From positions 5,745-69,744 of the forward strand of contig JALSSW010000028.1 in the NCBI GenBank assembly GCA_026984035.1: a stretch of DNA of 64,000 nucleotides, read 5' to 3'. This document shows, in pieces, positions 1 through 8,808 of this stretch. The first letter of the stretch is position 1. Every line of letters begins with the position of its first letter. The translations under genes and the position numbers were made by a program. The stretch comes from Planctomycetota bacterium (lineage in GTDB: Bacteria > Planctomycetota > UBA1135 > GCA-002748355). The notes under the pieces are model-generated. The model was given only the letters and a program-made list of their open reading frames with translations, had not been told where the DNA came from and ran no database searches.

Positions 1-2
1 GG

Positions 3-2666
3 GATCGAAAAGCCGCGCTTCGGGCGACACAGCTCCTCCCTGACTTTGGCCCAGCCTGGTTCCTCTATGCCTACACTTTAATCAAGAGGGGAGCATCTAC
101 TGCAGACCGAGAGGAGAATCCGCGATACCATGCCTTGGAAAAGGCTGTTGCAGTTTGGCCCCGCTATGCCGAAGCCATGCGTAACCTGGGAGAGATGGAG
201 CGGATTCTCCGGAAAAATTGGACTCGAGCATCCATGTGGGTTGACAAGGCTCTAGCAATCAATCCCCGTTTCATTCGGGCTCGGATCGAGAAGATTCGAG
301 ATTTGGAGGGGCGGGATTTGGACCTCCTTGCTGAAAGAGAATTGGAGCAACTTCTCGAAGATCCCGAGGGAAAGCGTTCCCAAAGCGTGCTGGCACGAGG
401 AGTGAGCTATGCGTTAAACCGGGATCGGATCCAAGAGGCCCTTGTGTATGCGAAGAAGCGAGTGGAATTGGATGCTCGCGTTTCGGCCCAGCAGTTTCTC
501 GCAAGGCTCCTCTTTCGGAGTGGGAAGCGAGCGGAGGCCAAAGCTGTCCTCGCAAGGCTCATGCGGGATCATCCCCAGAACCGAGAGCTTCCTTTTTTCC
601 TCCAGTTTAATCTCCTTGCCGAGGGAGATTTGGATGGAGCCGAACGAACCTTGAATCGGAGACTTGCCATTTGTCCTGAAGACGAACAGGCCTATTTGGG
701 TTTGGCTCGTATCGCTGCAATGAGAGGGCGAACAGACTTGCAGATTAGCTATTTGGAAAAAGCCTTGAGTCTCGATCCAAATTTGAAAAAAGAGAGGAGG
801 CATCTTGAGTTTCTAAAAAAGGGGGAGAAACCTTTTTATGCAGGCTTCGAGTTTGATGGTAAATCTCTGATTGCCCATGATCCGGGGACTCCAAAAGGGG
901 CAAAGAAGGCCGGAGATTCGCACTATTACTTGCTTCGACATACCTTGGTTCGGGCCTATCGGGATGGGACTCAAAGTCGCTATGTCCACTTTGTTGCGAA
1001 GATTCTCAACGAGGAGGGAGTGAGGCTCTTCGATACCTATAGACCCCCATTTTTCAGCTCAGATCAGGATGCTCGTATTCTTGAAGCTCGGGTGATTCAT
1101 CCCGATGGGAGCTCGACCCGCGCTCGTTTGGGGCGTGCCTACTGGGTTGATCTTCCCCCGATCAAACCGGGGGATTATGTGGAAGTCAAGGCCAGGGTCG
1201 ATGATCGAGAGAGGAGTTTCTTTGGGGATTACTTTGGACTCTCCTATTTGTTTGTTCCCCAGAAGCCTGTGGGAATGTACCACTCCGTCCTGGATTTGAT
1301 CCTTGAAAAAGGGCGTCGCTATTACTTCCAAAAAGTAGGGGATGTTCCTGAACCGACCAAAAAGCAGCTAGAAGATGGCTCGAGCTTTCTCCGCTATGAA
1401 ATCCCCGCTATCCCGCGCAGAGAAATTGAGGAGAGAGCACCCAGCCCGCGTGAGAGAGGTCCTTTGCTCCGAGTCTCCACTTATGGGACTTGGGATGAAT
1501 TTGCTTCTTGGTGGTGGAACTTAATTCGAAAACAAATGGCGCCTACTCCCGAGATCAAAAACAAAGTAGTGGAGCTGACCAAGGATCAAAAAACCTTGGA
1601 GGATAAGGTTCGGAAGATTTATGAGTTTGTCGTGACCGATGTGCGTTATGTGGCATGGGAGTTTGGCGTCCATGGTTATAAACCCTATTCGGTTGGATCC
1701 ATTTTTGGGCGTCGACATGGGGACTGTAAGGACAAAGCCATTCTCCTCAATACGATGCTTTCGGAAATCGGGGTTAAGGCATGGCCTGTTCTCATTCGAG
1801 GTGAGAATGTCCGTGAAAAGGATGATTTAACTCTCCCGCTTGTGGAGCACTTCAATCACTGCATTAGTTATGTCCCCAAACAACCTGGCTTGAAGGGCGG
1901 GTTCTTGGATGGGACAGCCGAATATCATCCTAAAGGCACCTTGCCACTGATGGATGCGGGGGCAAAGGTTCTTCTCGTTGAAGGTGGGAAGGGGCGCATT
2001 GTGCAAGTTCCCTGGACCGACCCTCTCCAAAATCGGGATCAGTACCAGTATTCGATTCAGATCAAAGCCAACGGGGATGCGGATGTGGTGATGAAGCGGT
2101 TTCCTCGGCTTAACTTTGGGCCGCCGGTTCGCCAGGTTTTTGGGAATGAAGCCGGTCGGCGCAAGGAGAAACTTGCAGATCGTTTGGGAGCGATTTTTGG
2201 GCAGGTGGAGATCACGGACTTTGAATTTTCCAACCTGAAGGACTTAGGGGTTCCCGTTCAATATAGAGTGAACTTCAAGGTCAAGAACTTGGCAGAGAAG
2301 ATAGGTGATGGTTTTAGGGTGCGGATCGCCTACCGCCCCATCCGCCTTGCCCGTTTAACAGCAGCTTCCAAGCGTAAGTTTGACATGTTGCTCAATCCTC
2401 CCAGCGGAAGAGATGTGGAAATCCGTTATCTCGCACCCAAAGGGTTTGAGTGGGATGGGATCCCCAAGGGGGAAAAGATCAATTTTCCCGGATTGGGCGG
2501 CTATGAATGTGTCTTGGAAAAGAATGGAAAATCACTAGTGGTCCGCCGATCATTCCAAATGGATGTTCAACGTGTGCCGGCGAAGCGCTACTCAGAACTA
2601 CAAAATTTGTTTGAAAAAACTGAAAAGGCGGAAGGCTTGGACCTGAAACTAAAGCGGAGTCATTAA
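3..2666 (+). CDS. TPR-repeat / transglutaminase-like cysteine peptidase family protein (DUF3857-type architecture); 5' end outside window
   Basis: The frame is open from base 3, with no stop before the TTG at 135 used by the ORF track. Stop is TAA at 2664-2666. N-terminal TPR-like helices. Transglutaminase-core Cys/His/Asp motifs HGDCKDKAILLN, FNHCISYV, FLDGTAEY. Confidence 0.8.
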   Translation, partial: DRKAALRATQLLPDFGPAWFLYAYTLIKRGASTADREENPRYHALEKAVAVWPRYAEAMRNLGEMERILRKNWTRASMWVDKALAINPRFIRARIEKIRDLEGRDLDLLAERELEQLLEDPEGKRSQSVLARGVSYALNRDRIQEALVYAKKRVELDARVSAQQFLARLLFRSGKRAEAKAVLARLMRDHPQNRELPFFLQFNLLAEGDLDGAERTLNRRLAICPEDEQAYLGLARIAAMRGRTDLQISYLEKALSLDPNLKKERRHLEFLKKGEKPFYAGFEFDGKSLIAHDPGTPKGAKKAGDSHYYLLRHTLVRAYRDGTQSRYVHFVAKILNEEGVRLFDTYRPPFFSSDQDARILEARVIHPDGSSTRARLGRAYWVDLPPIKPGDYVEVKARVDDRERSFFGDYFGLSYLFVPQKPVGMYHSVLDLILEKGRRYYFQKVGDVPEPTKKQLEDGSSFLRYEIPAIPRREIEERAPSPRERGPLLRVSTYGTWDEFASWWWNLIRKQMAPTPEIKNKVVELTKDQKTLEDKVRKIYEFVVTDVRYVAWEFGVHGYKPYSVGSIFGRRHGDCKDKAILLNTMLSEIGVKAWPVLIRGENVREKDDLTLPLVEHFNHCISYVPKQPGLKGGFLDGTAEYHPKGTLPLMDAGAKVLLVEGGKGRIVQVPWTDPLQNRDQYQYSIQIKANGDADVVMKRFPRLNFGPPVRQVFGNEAGRRKEKLADRLGAIFGQVEITDFEFSNLKDLGVPVQYRVNFKVKNLAEKIGDGFRVRIAYRPIRLARLTAASKRKFDMLLNPPSGRDVEIRYLAPKGFEWDGIPKGEKINFPGLGGYECVLEKNGKSLVVRRSFQMDVQRVPAKRYSELQNLFEKTEKAEGLDLKLKRSH

Positions 2667-2671
2667 TTCAA

Positions 2672-3490
2672 ATGCCTTCGGGAACCTCTCCAGCCAAGTT
2701 GGACTCGGAGCTTTCTACAAAGCCCTCCCGAGTTCTCATTCTCATTCCAGCGATGAATGAAGAACAAAGCTTACCCGAAGTTTTTGAGGCCTTGGTGAAA
2801 CAGTTCCCTCCAAAAGACATCCTTTTGGTCGACGATGGTTCCTCGGATCGGACACCTGAAATCGCTGCCTCTTATGGGTGTAAGGTTGTCAGCCATATTC
2901 ATAATCTGGGCTATGGGTCTACCTTGTTGACGGGTTATCACTACGCGCTGCTTCACGACTATGATTATGTTGTGCAGGTGGATGGAGATGGCCAGCATCC
3001 TCCTGCTCTCATTCCCAGGCTGCTGCAACCCGTGATTCAAGGTGATTGTGATGTGGCCATTGGATCCCGCTACTTGGAGGGAAAGTCTCCTACTGGATGG
3101 TTACGCCGTTTGGGTGCACTTCCTCTTTCTCTTGTTGCGAGTCTTTGGATTGGATCCAAAATAACGGACCCTACCTCCGGATTTCAGGCCCTTTCCAAAA
3201 AGGCTATCCTGGAGTTGTGTACGGATGGTTTCCCTGATGATTATCCAGACATTGATGTCCTTATTCATCTTCACCGCAAGGACATTCGAATTCGAGAGAT
3301 TCCTGTGGTAATGAAACCGAGGGTGCATGGTCAGACGATGCACGGAGGCTGGAAAGCACTTTATTATTATTACCGAATGGCTGTCTGCTTGCTTTTGATG
3401 CCCATCCGCCGGAACTCTCCTTACCGAAGGCAGCGTCCCATGGATGATCATCCCTTGGATAAGGGATCTTTGCGGGGACTCTATTCGTGA
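2672..3490 (+). CDS. Family 2 glycosyltransferase (polyprenyl-phosphate sugar transferase-like)
   Basis: VLILIPAMNEE...LLVDDGSSDRT and VVQVDGDGQHPP motifs typical of GT2. The ATG lies 5 nt after the upstream stop. Confidence 0.85.
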   Translation: MPSGTSPAKLDSELSTKPSRVLILIPAMNEEQSLPEVFEALVKQFPPKDILLVDDGSSDRTPEIAASYGCKVVSHIHNLGYGSTLLTGYHYALLHDYDYVVQVDGDGQHPPALIPRLLQPVIQGDCDVAIGSRYLEGKSPTGWLRRLGALPLSLVASLWIGSKITDPTSGFQALSKKAILELCTDGFPDDYPDIDVLIHLHRKDIRIREIPVVMKPRVHGQTMHGGWKALYYYYRMAVCLLLMPIRRNSPYRRQRPMDDHPLDKGSLRGLYS

Positions 3491-3924
3491 TGTTCGCATT
3501 AATTCAGGCCGCGGGAGAAGTGGGGGATGTCATCCCTCCAAGGCAACGGTTGGTCGCTATCCTTGTTTCGATTTTGATCCTATTGGGTGTTCTAGAGCTT
3601 GTAAGGCAACGAAAGTTGCGTGAAGAATATTCTGCTCTTTGGGTCTTAACGGCTTTGGGCCTCTTAGTTTTAGCGCTCAACTATCGCATCCTTGTTTGGC
3701 TTACTCATCTGATTGGAGCGGCCCTTCCTACAAGCACGCTTTTTTTTGGCGGTTTAATCTTTCTGATGCTGCTTGCGCTCCAGTTTTCAGTGCGGCTCTC
3801 AAGGCTGACCTATCGCTCTCGCTCGCTGACACGAAGAGTTGCTCTTCTTGAAGAAGAGCTGCGCGAGTTGAAACGACGTATTCCCGATGAAGAGGATATG
3901 CTCGAGGATGATGGGCGACCCTAA
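3487..3924 (+). CDS. Small polytopic membrane protein, DUF2304-like partner of GT2
   Basis: GTG/ATG start (3487/3490) overlaps the GT2 stop TGA at 3488-3490. Four hydrophobic helices are followed by a charged C-terminal helix (EELRELKRRIPDEE). GT2 followed by a DUF2304-type gene is a recurrent arrangement. Confidence 0.6.
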   Translation: MMFALIQAAGEVGDVIPPRQRLVAILVSILILLGVLELVRQRKLREEYSALWVLTALGLLVLALNYRILVWLTHLIGAALPTSTLFFGGLIFLMLLALQFSVRLSRLTYRSRSLTRRVALLEEELRELKRRIPDEEDMLEDDGRP

Positions 3925-5473
3925 GCCTGAAAAAGGAACGAGGCCATTCAATAGGGATCGTAGGAGGGGAAGGATCCCTCCCTTTCGGCAAGGACAGGCT
4001 CTGCTTGTCTCATGGTTGACCCAGGACCTCCTGGGAAGGGCCCGGCGGTCAGGAAAGAAGGGGACCTCTTCCTTGACTCCGACTCTGTTTTCCCAGGGCT
4101 TCTTAACGTTTGCCTTTGCAGCTTTGACCTACCAAGAGGTTGAAACCACTGCTTTTCTGGCTGGTAATATGGCTTTTGCCATCGTTCTCACTTTGATAGC
4201 CATGTTGGGGGAGGTGCTGGGAAAGGACCGGAGGAAGGCTGATGAAGACTTTGTTTTAACGAGTCCGATTCCAACCTTCGTTTTTAACTCGGTCAAAATG
4301 GTACATTCACTCCTGCTCCTTCTCCTCTTCCATGTTGGATTGGTGCTGGCCCCTGCCATCCTGGGAATGTGGAACAGTGGTGTTGCCTATGTTTGGGCTC
4401 TCCCTCTAGTCTCCCTTCTTCTTGTGGGAGGATTGGTTGGGATCCTTGCATCACTGATGGAGCTAATTCATAAGCTGCGGGGTCCTTCGGCGCTTGCTTC
4501 CTTTACGAGCATAGTTCAGACCTTTTTGTTGTCAGGCTTATTTTTAGGCTCTCTGTTGGGTTTGCAGGCCATGTTCCAGGGTGCCCAAAGCTTTCCAGGG
4601 GGGCGAACTCTTTTGCATTCTCTTCCGCCCTATTGGGGGGCGAGGCTGGCTCAGTGGATTGTGGATGGCCGTGATCCGGGAGTGTTTGCCTGGTTGCTTG
4701 TTGGTTTATTTCTTACGCCTTTTTTGATCCAAGGTATGACTTCGGTTCTCCCCCTGCGGCCGGGGGAAGGGCCGCAGAAACGAATGAGGATTCCGGTATT
4801 GGCTCGTCTTTTTGGAGTGGGTGCCGCTGATAAGGGGATTCTTCAATACACCCTTATCCTATTGGGGCGCGACCAAGCTTACCGGCTTCGGGCAATCCCT
4901 CTGCTTGGGCTTCCCGTCGCGGTTGTATTACTGGCCATGCATGCAGGAATTTCAGAGCAAGAGATTCCCTTTTTTTTTGCCTTAGTTCATAACCTTCCTT
5001 TGGCCTGGTTGCCTTTTCTCCTCCACTTCGTTCCCTATGCAACGGATCACGAGGGATCATGGCTGACCAAGCTTGGGCCGGAAGATCCCCTTCGGACGGG
5101 TCGCCGAGGGGTTCTCCTCTCCTTTGCCGTTTGGATGCTTCGCCTCCAATTCCTGTTGTTCCTTTTGGACTTTGGGTTCCGGGGGTTCGGACCGGCTCTT
5201 CTTACAAGCTTGTTGGGTCTGGGGCTGGCATTTACGATTCTTCCTTTCTTAGTGGCGTCAATAAAAGAGCTTCCCTTTTCACAGGATCCTGCCGATCTGA
5301 AGCCCCCCGAGCTGGGTGGAGGTCCCATGCTCCTTGCTGTTCTCATACCGGTTCTTGCGTTGGGATTGGAGGTCATCCCCAAGGGATTGGGAGCCTTGCT
5401 CTGTGCTCTTTTATTGGTAGTCGGAAGAACGTTTGTGGCGAGGAGTTTTCGTCTGGGAAAAAAGAGGTCATGA
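3887..5473 (+). CDS. Large polytopic membrane protein of unknown function (about 12 predicted TM helices)
   Basis: 528-aa ORF with a basic N-terminus followed by repeated hydrophobic helices. Three in-frame ATGs (3887, 3908, 3911) all overlap the upstream stop at 3924, so the exact start is uncertain. Confidence 0.6.
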   Translation: MKRICSRMMGDPKPEKGTRPFNRDRRRGRIPPFRQGQALLVSWLTQDLLGRARRSGKKGTSSLTPTLFSQGFLTFAFAALTYQEVETTAFLAGNMAFAIVLTLIAMLGEVLGKDRRKADEDFVLTSPIPTFVFNSVKMVHSLLLLLLFHVGLVLAPAILGMWNSGVAYVWALPLVSLLLVGGLVGILASLMELIHKLRGPSALASFTSIVQTFLLSGLFLGSLLGLQAMFQGAQSFPGGRTLLHSLPPYWGARLAQWIVDGRDPGVFAWLLVGLFLTPFLIQGMTSVLPLRPGEGPQKRMRIPVLARLFGVGAADKGILQYTLILLGRDQAYRLRAIPLLGLPVAVVLLAMHAGISEQEIPFFFALVHNLPLAWLPFLLHFVPYATDHEGSWLTKLGPEDPLRTGRRGVLLSFAVWMLRLQFLLFLLDFGFRGFGPALLTSLLGLGLAFTILPFLVASIKELPFSQDPADLKPPELGGGPMLLAVLIPVLALGLEVIPKGLGALLCALLLVVGRTFVARSFRLGKKRS

Positions 5474-5604
5474 GTCAGGAAAAGGAGAAAAAACAGGATC
5501 CCAAATCGGCCCTTCGACGAGAATTTATCTCAATTCTTTTGATGTATGTGGCCCTTACCGTTCTTCCTTTCCTTACGGGGTTTGCTTGCAGCGGTTCTCT
5601 GTGA
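5470..5604 (+). CDS. 44-aa single-TM microprotein, translationally coupled to the upstream membrane protein
   Basis: ATGA overlap: ATG at 5470-5472 and the upstream TGA at 5471-5473. Sequence is MSQEKEKKQDPKSALRREFISILLMYVALTVLPFLTGFACSGSL, a charged N-terminus plus one hydrophobic helix. It is the 3' part of the 5059-5604 track ORF. Confidence 0.4.
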   Translation: MSQEKEKKQDPKSALRREFISILLMYVALTVLPFLTGFACSGSL

Positions 5605-5908
5605 CAGAATGTGCGGGGTGAGGGGGAGGACTTTTTCCCCTGGAGGCGACAGATGTCCGCAAACCAACGCTTAGATTCGTCTGAATCGATGACCACCCAA
5701 TCCGAATCGGGTCAAAACCTGGAGTGTGTTTTGAAAGGGCAGGAGGGTTCGCTCAAGGGCAAAGCCAAAGAAACGCCCCTGGTCCTTTCTCCAAAGGGTT
5801 CTTTGCCCATCATTGCCCAGAATTCCTCCAAGGGGAAAACGAGTCCTGCTCTTGGTGGCTCCCCGGACCGTTACCAGGAAGTGCATCCCCTCATCCAGTT
5901 GTAAGCGG

Positions 5909-6709
5909 TCAGCCCTTATGGAGCATGTTACTGTTCAGAAGTTTCCGGGTCATGCGCCTAAGCCTCATTCCTGTGATTCGGAACAAGGTATCCATGAATC
6001 TTAAGGCCAGCTCTGAGTGTCGCTGACGTAACCAGTTGAGGCCGTCCTTGGGTATTGCGATTAGGTCTGTGGGTTCGAGGCATGTGATTTCTAAATCATG
6101 AGGAAGTCCCACCAGAGCGGAGACTTCACCAAAGATTTGGCCGCTCCCTGCAATCTCAATGGAAGCAAATCCCTCTTGCCGCCCTGGCCCACAAAGCTTG
6201 ACAAGCCCCTTTTCTACAATGAAAAGGCTTTTTGCTTCGTCCCCTTGTCTTGCGATTACGGCACCAGCCTCAAGAGAGCGGCGGTGAGCCACGGATGCAA
6301 TGGCCATGAGATCTAACTGATTGAGACGTGAGAAGGCAGGAAGCTCCCTGAAGGTCTGAATCAGATCATTGATGAGTTCCATTGAGATGCGTTGAAAAAG
6401 CTTAACGCGAAGTCCGGAGAGTCCTTCGAAGCGAATCCCTGCCACGTATCGGGGTCCGTCGGTTCCATTGTCGGAAGGAAAAACCCAGCGGACGATTCCC
6501 TGGACCTCTAAGTCGGGATCATTTGGGGTTGGGCGAAAACGGGCTTCGATGTTTGTTCCCACAAAAAGGGGGTGCCTTCCTTGAACCATGATCCCACCCG
6601 CGCTCATGTTGAGGGCTTGGTAGGTCCGTATCTGTCCCGTTTGAGGATGGGTGATTTGGATCGGGAAGTGAACGCCGACCCTTTGGTCTTTACGTTCTTT
6701 GTTTTCCAA
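5909..6709 (-). CDS. PilZ domain + cyclic-nucleotide-binding-like domain protein
   Basis: The N-terminus carries the PilZ c-di-GMP motifs RKDQR (RxxxR) and NMSAGG (D/NxSxxG). The C-terminal half has a CNB fold signature, LFIVEKGLVKL...GQIFGEVSALVGLPHDLEITCLEPTDLIAI. Confidence 0.75.
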   Translation of the reverse strand: MENKERKDQRVGVHFPIQITHPQTGQIRTYQALNMSAGGIMVQGRHPLFVGTNIEARFRPTPNDPDLEVQGIVRWVFPSDNGTDGPRYVAGIRFEGLSGLRVKLFQRISMELINDLIQTFRELPAFSRLNQLDLMAIASVAHRRSLEAGAVIARQGDEAKSLFIVEKGLVKLCGPGRQEGFASIEIAGSGQIFGEVSALVGLPHDLEITCLEPTDLIAIPKDGLNWLRQRHSELALRFMDTLFRITGMRLRRMTRKLLNSNMLHKG

Positions 6710-6711
6710 GA

Positions 6712-7251
6712 TCAGGCCTCTTGACTAAAATCGTAGATATAGGAGATGGCTTCCTTGCGAAGGATTGCGTAAGGGAGTTTTTCGAGCCGTTGGAAGTCTT
6801 TCCCCATTCCATGGTCGAACCCTCGGATCGTGCAATCCTCCATGACAAAGAATCGGTTCTCAAGGGCTTGGGCTTCATAAGCCCCAGGTCGAATTAATCC
6901 TGTGAATTCCAAATTCACGGCTCCGTGGTGAAAGGCTCGAATTCGGATGGATTTATCGCTAACCCCCTCGGAGGCAAGCGCTTTCTGGTAGAAGTCTCCG
7001 GAAGTTTCCACTAACTCATGGGCAAGAACGATCTGGTTCAGGTTGATGTGCACTTGGGGGGTTCGGATTGTTTCTCCTCGTGCAAGGTCAACCATTGTTG
7101 CACCCGAGATGACCAAAAAGTTCCTTCCATAGGTGTTAAGGAGTTTGCTTAGGCGATGGAATTTCCCCTCAACCTTTCCCTTGATGAGGAAAGCTTTGGT
7201 CAAGATGACATCCTCGATCATTTGCGATATTTGGTTTCTTCCATTCGCCAT
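6712..7251 (-). CDS. Hypothetical protein (179 aa) that looks like two tandem related halves; operon partner of the PilZ-CNB gene
   Basis: Its stop lies 2 nt before the PilZ gene start. There are no recognisable catalytic motifs. Both halves share a beta-rich pattern (GKVEGKFHRLSKLLN...INLNQIVLAHEL versus IRIRAFHHGAVNLEFTG...). Confidence 0.55.
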   Translation of the reverse strand: MANGRNQISQMIEDVILTKAFLIKGKVEGKFHRLSKLLNTYGRNFLVISGATMVDLARGETIRTPQVHINLNQIVLAHELVETSGDFYQKALASEGVSDKSIRIRAFHHGAVNLEFTGLIRPGAYEAQALENRFFVMEDCTIRGFDHGMGKDFQRLEKLPYAILRKEAISYIYDFSQEA

Positions 7252-7319
7252 GCTGCTGTCCCTTCATACTGAAATGATGGCCACCCTTGCATTCCCAAGA
7301 TTTCGGAGGTTTTCGGCCA

Positions 7320-8789
7320 TCAATCTTCTAAAACTTTGAGGGCTTCCCCTACCCCATAAAAAGAACCTGTGACGAGGATCCCCCTCTTGGGTGATTTCGC
7401 CAGGATCTTTTTTACTGCTTCTTCGATAGAGCCGGTGGTTTCAAAAGGGATGCCCCGATGTTCAAACCACCCAGCCATTTTTTTGGGGTCTTGGCTTTGC
7501 TTTTCACAAAGCGGTGCCCCGTAGGCTTTATCGACGAAGGGGACTAGGGAGCCTAACCCCTCCTGCCAATGCTTGGTATCCGCAATAGCGAATACCAAAT
7601 CAAAAGGAGGTTCAGGAGCTTGTTCCCCATGACTGGTCTTCCCGAAGATCTTCCGGAGATCTCGGCCCAAGGCAGCCAGAGAGTCGTTGGTGTGGGCCCC
7701 ATCGAGGAGTGCGGTCCTCCCACCCTCGAGCCTTAGGATTTGGAATCGTCCAGGGGGATGGAAACGTTTGAGCGATTCCACAAGGGTGTCAGGGGAAAGT
7801 CCTTTGGTCTGTCTCCTTTCCCAAAGGGGGGTTTGTTGAAAGAGAAGGAGAGCGAGGGCAAAGGAAAAAGCTTGAGTTTCCGTGTGGATAGGAAGTTTCA
7901 ATGGCTTCGGGCCAAGGAAGGGGTGGCTCAAGAGCATTCCCCCGATTCCTTGGTCGAGGATGTTGCATTTGAATTCGGCGGTTAGTGGAATCAGAGGGGC
8001 TTGGACATGCTGGGCTTTTGTCTGGAGAATGGCGGCTGCAGTTCCTGTGAGCCCCGAGACACAGGGAACTCCCGGGCGCAGGATACCTGCCTTCTCGCAG
8101 GTTATGTCTTCGATGCGGTTTCCCAAGGTGCTTGTGTGTTCTCGTTCAATCGAGGTGATACAGCAGGCATGTTTTGGGACTGCGGTGGTAGAGTCCAAGC
8201 GTCCTCCCAGGCCTACTTCCAAAATCACGAGATCAGGGTTCTTCTCGGCGAAAAAGGAGATGGCTACAGCCGTAAAGGCTTCAAACCAGGTTTGGTTGTC
8301 GATGAAATGATCCGCGACGCGTTCTAGGTGGGGAATGAGAGCTTTTTCGGGGGCCATTTCTCCATTTAGGAGGATTCGTTCTCTCACATTTCGCACGTGT
8401 GGGGAGAGGTAGACTCCTACGGATGCCCCTATTGAGCGGGCGAGTGCTCCCGTCATACAGGAGACGGTCCCCTTCCCCTTGCTTCCACCAACCTGGACGA
8501 CGCATTGAAGTTTTTTTTCAGGGTTTCCAAGCCTTTTTAGGAGAGTTTCCATCTTACAGAGATCGAAACGATAATTCCTTGTCACCGGAGCTTTCTCGTA
8601 GTTTGTTAGGTTTGATAGGCGTTTGAAGGCTTTGTCAAATGCTTTAGTGCTCACTACTTCACTCCCCCCACTCCAAAGGGCCTTAATGATGAAACCTTGC
8701 TCAATTTGCCGATATATACAGTATGTGGGTGAGTCTGCTTGGTATTTCTCCTGGACCTTGTTGAAAAAATCCAGAATGGGAGAAATCAA
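7320..8789 (-). CDS. folC: Folylpolyglutamate synthase / dihydrofolate synthase (Mur ligase family)
   Basis: P-loop VVQVGGSKGKGTV preceded by LLKRLGNPEKKL. Mur-ligase middle and C-terminal blocks are present (DSTTAVP, LLDGAHTNDS). The N-terminus is about 40 aa longer than typical, so the start is uncertain. Confidence 0.8.
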   Translation of the reverse strand: MISPILDFFNKVQEKYQADSPTYCIYRQIEQGFIIKALWSGGSEVVSTKAFDKAFKRLSNLTNYEKAPVTRNYRFDLCKMETLLKRLGNPEKKLQCVVQVGGSKGKGTVSCMTGALARSIGASVGVYLSPHVRNVRERILLNGEMAPEKALIPHLERVADHFIDNQTWFEAFTAVAISFFAEKNPDLVILEVGLGGRLDSTTAVPKHACCITSIEREHTSTLGNRIEDITCEKAGILRPGVPCVSGLTGTAAAILQTKAQHVQAPLIPLTAEFKCNILDQGIGGMLLSHPFLGPKPLKLPIHTETQAFSFALALLLFQQTPLWERRQTKGLSPDTLVESLKRFHPPGRFQILRLEGGRTALLDGAHTNDSLAALGRDLRKIFGKTSHGEQAPEPPFDLVFAIADTKHWQEGLGSLVPFVDKAYGAPLCEKQSQDPKKMAGWFEHRGIPFETTGSIEEAVKKILAKSPKRGILVTGSFYGVGEALKVLED

Positions 8790-8808
8790 GGAATGTCGTC
8801 CTTTTTAA

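Noticed and set aside
5059-5469. The 5' two-thirds of the 181-aa plus-strand ORF 5059-5604
   Set aside because: This part is fully embedded, in another frame, in the 12-TM membrane protein gene. Only the non-overlapping 3' part from ATG 5470 is considered a candidate gene.
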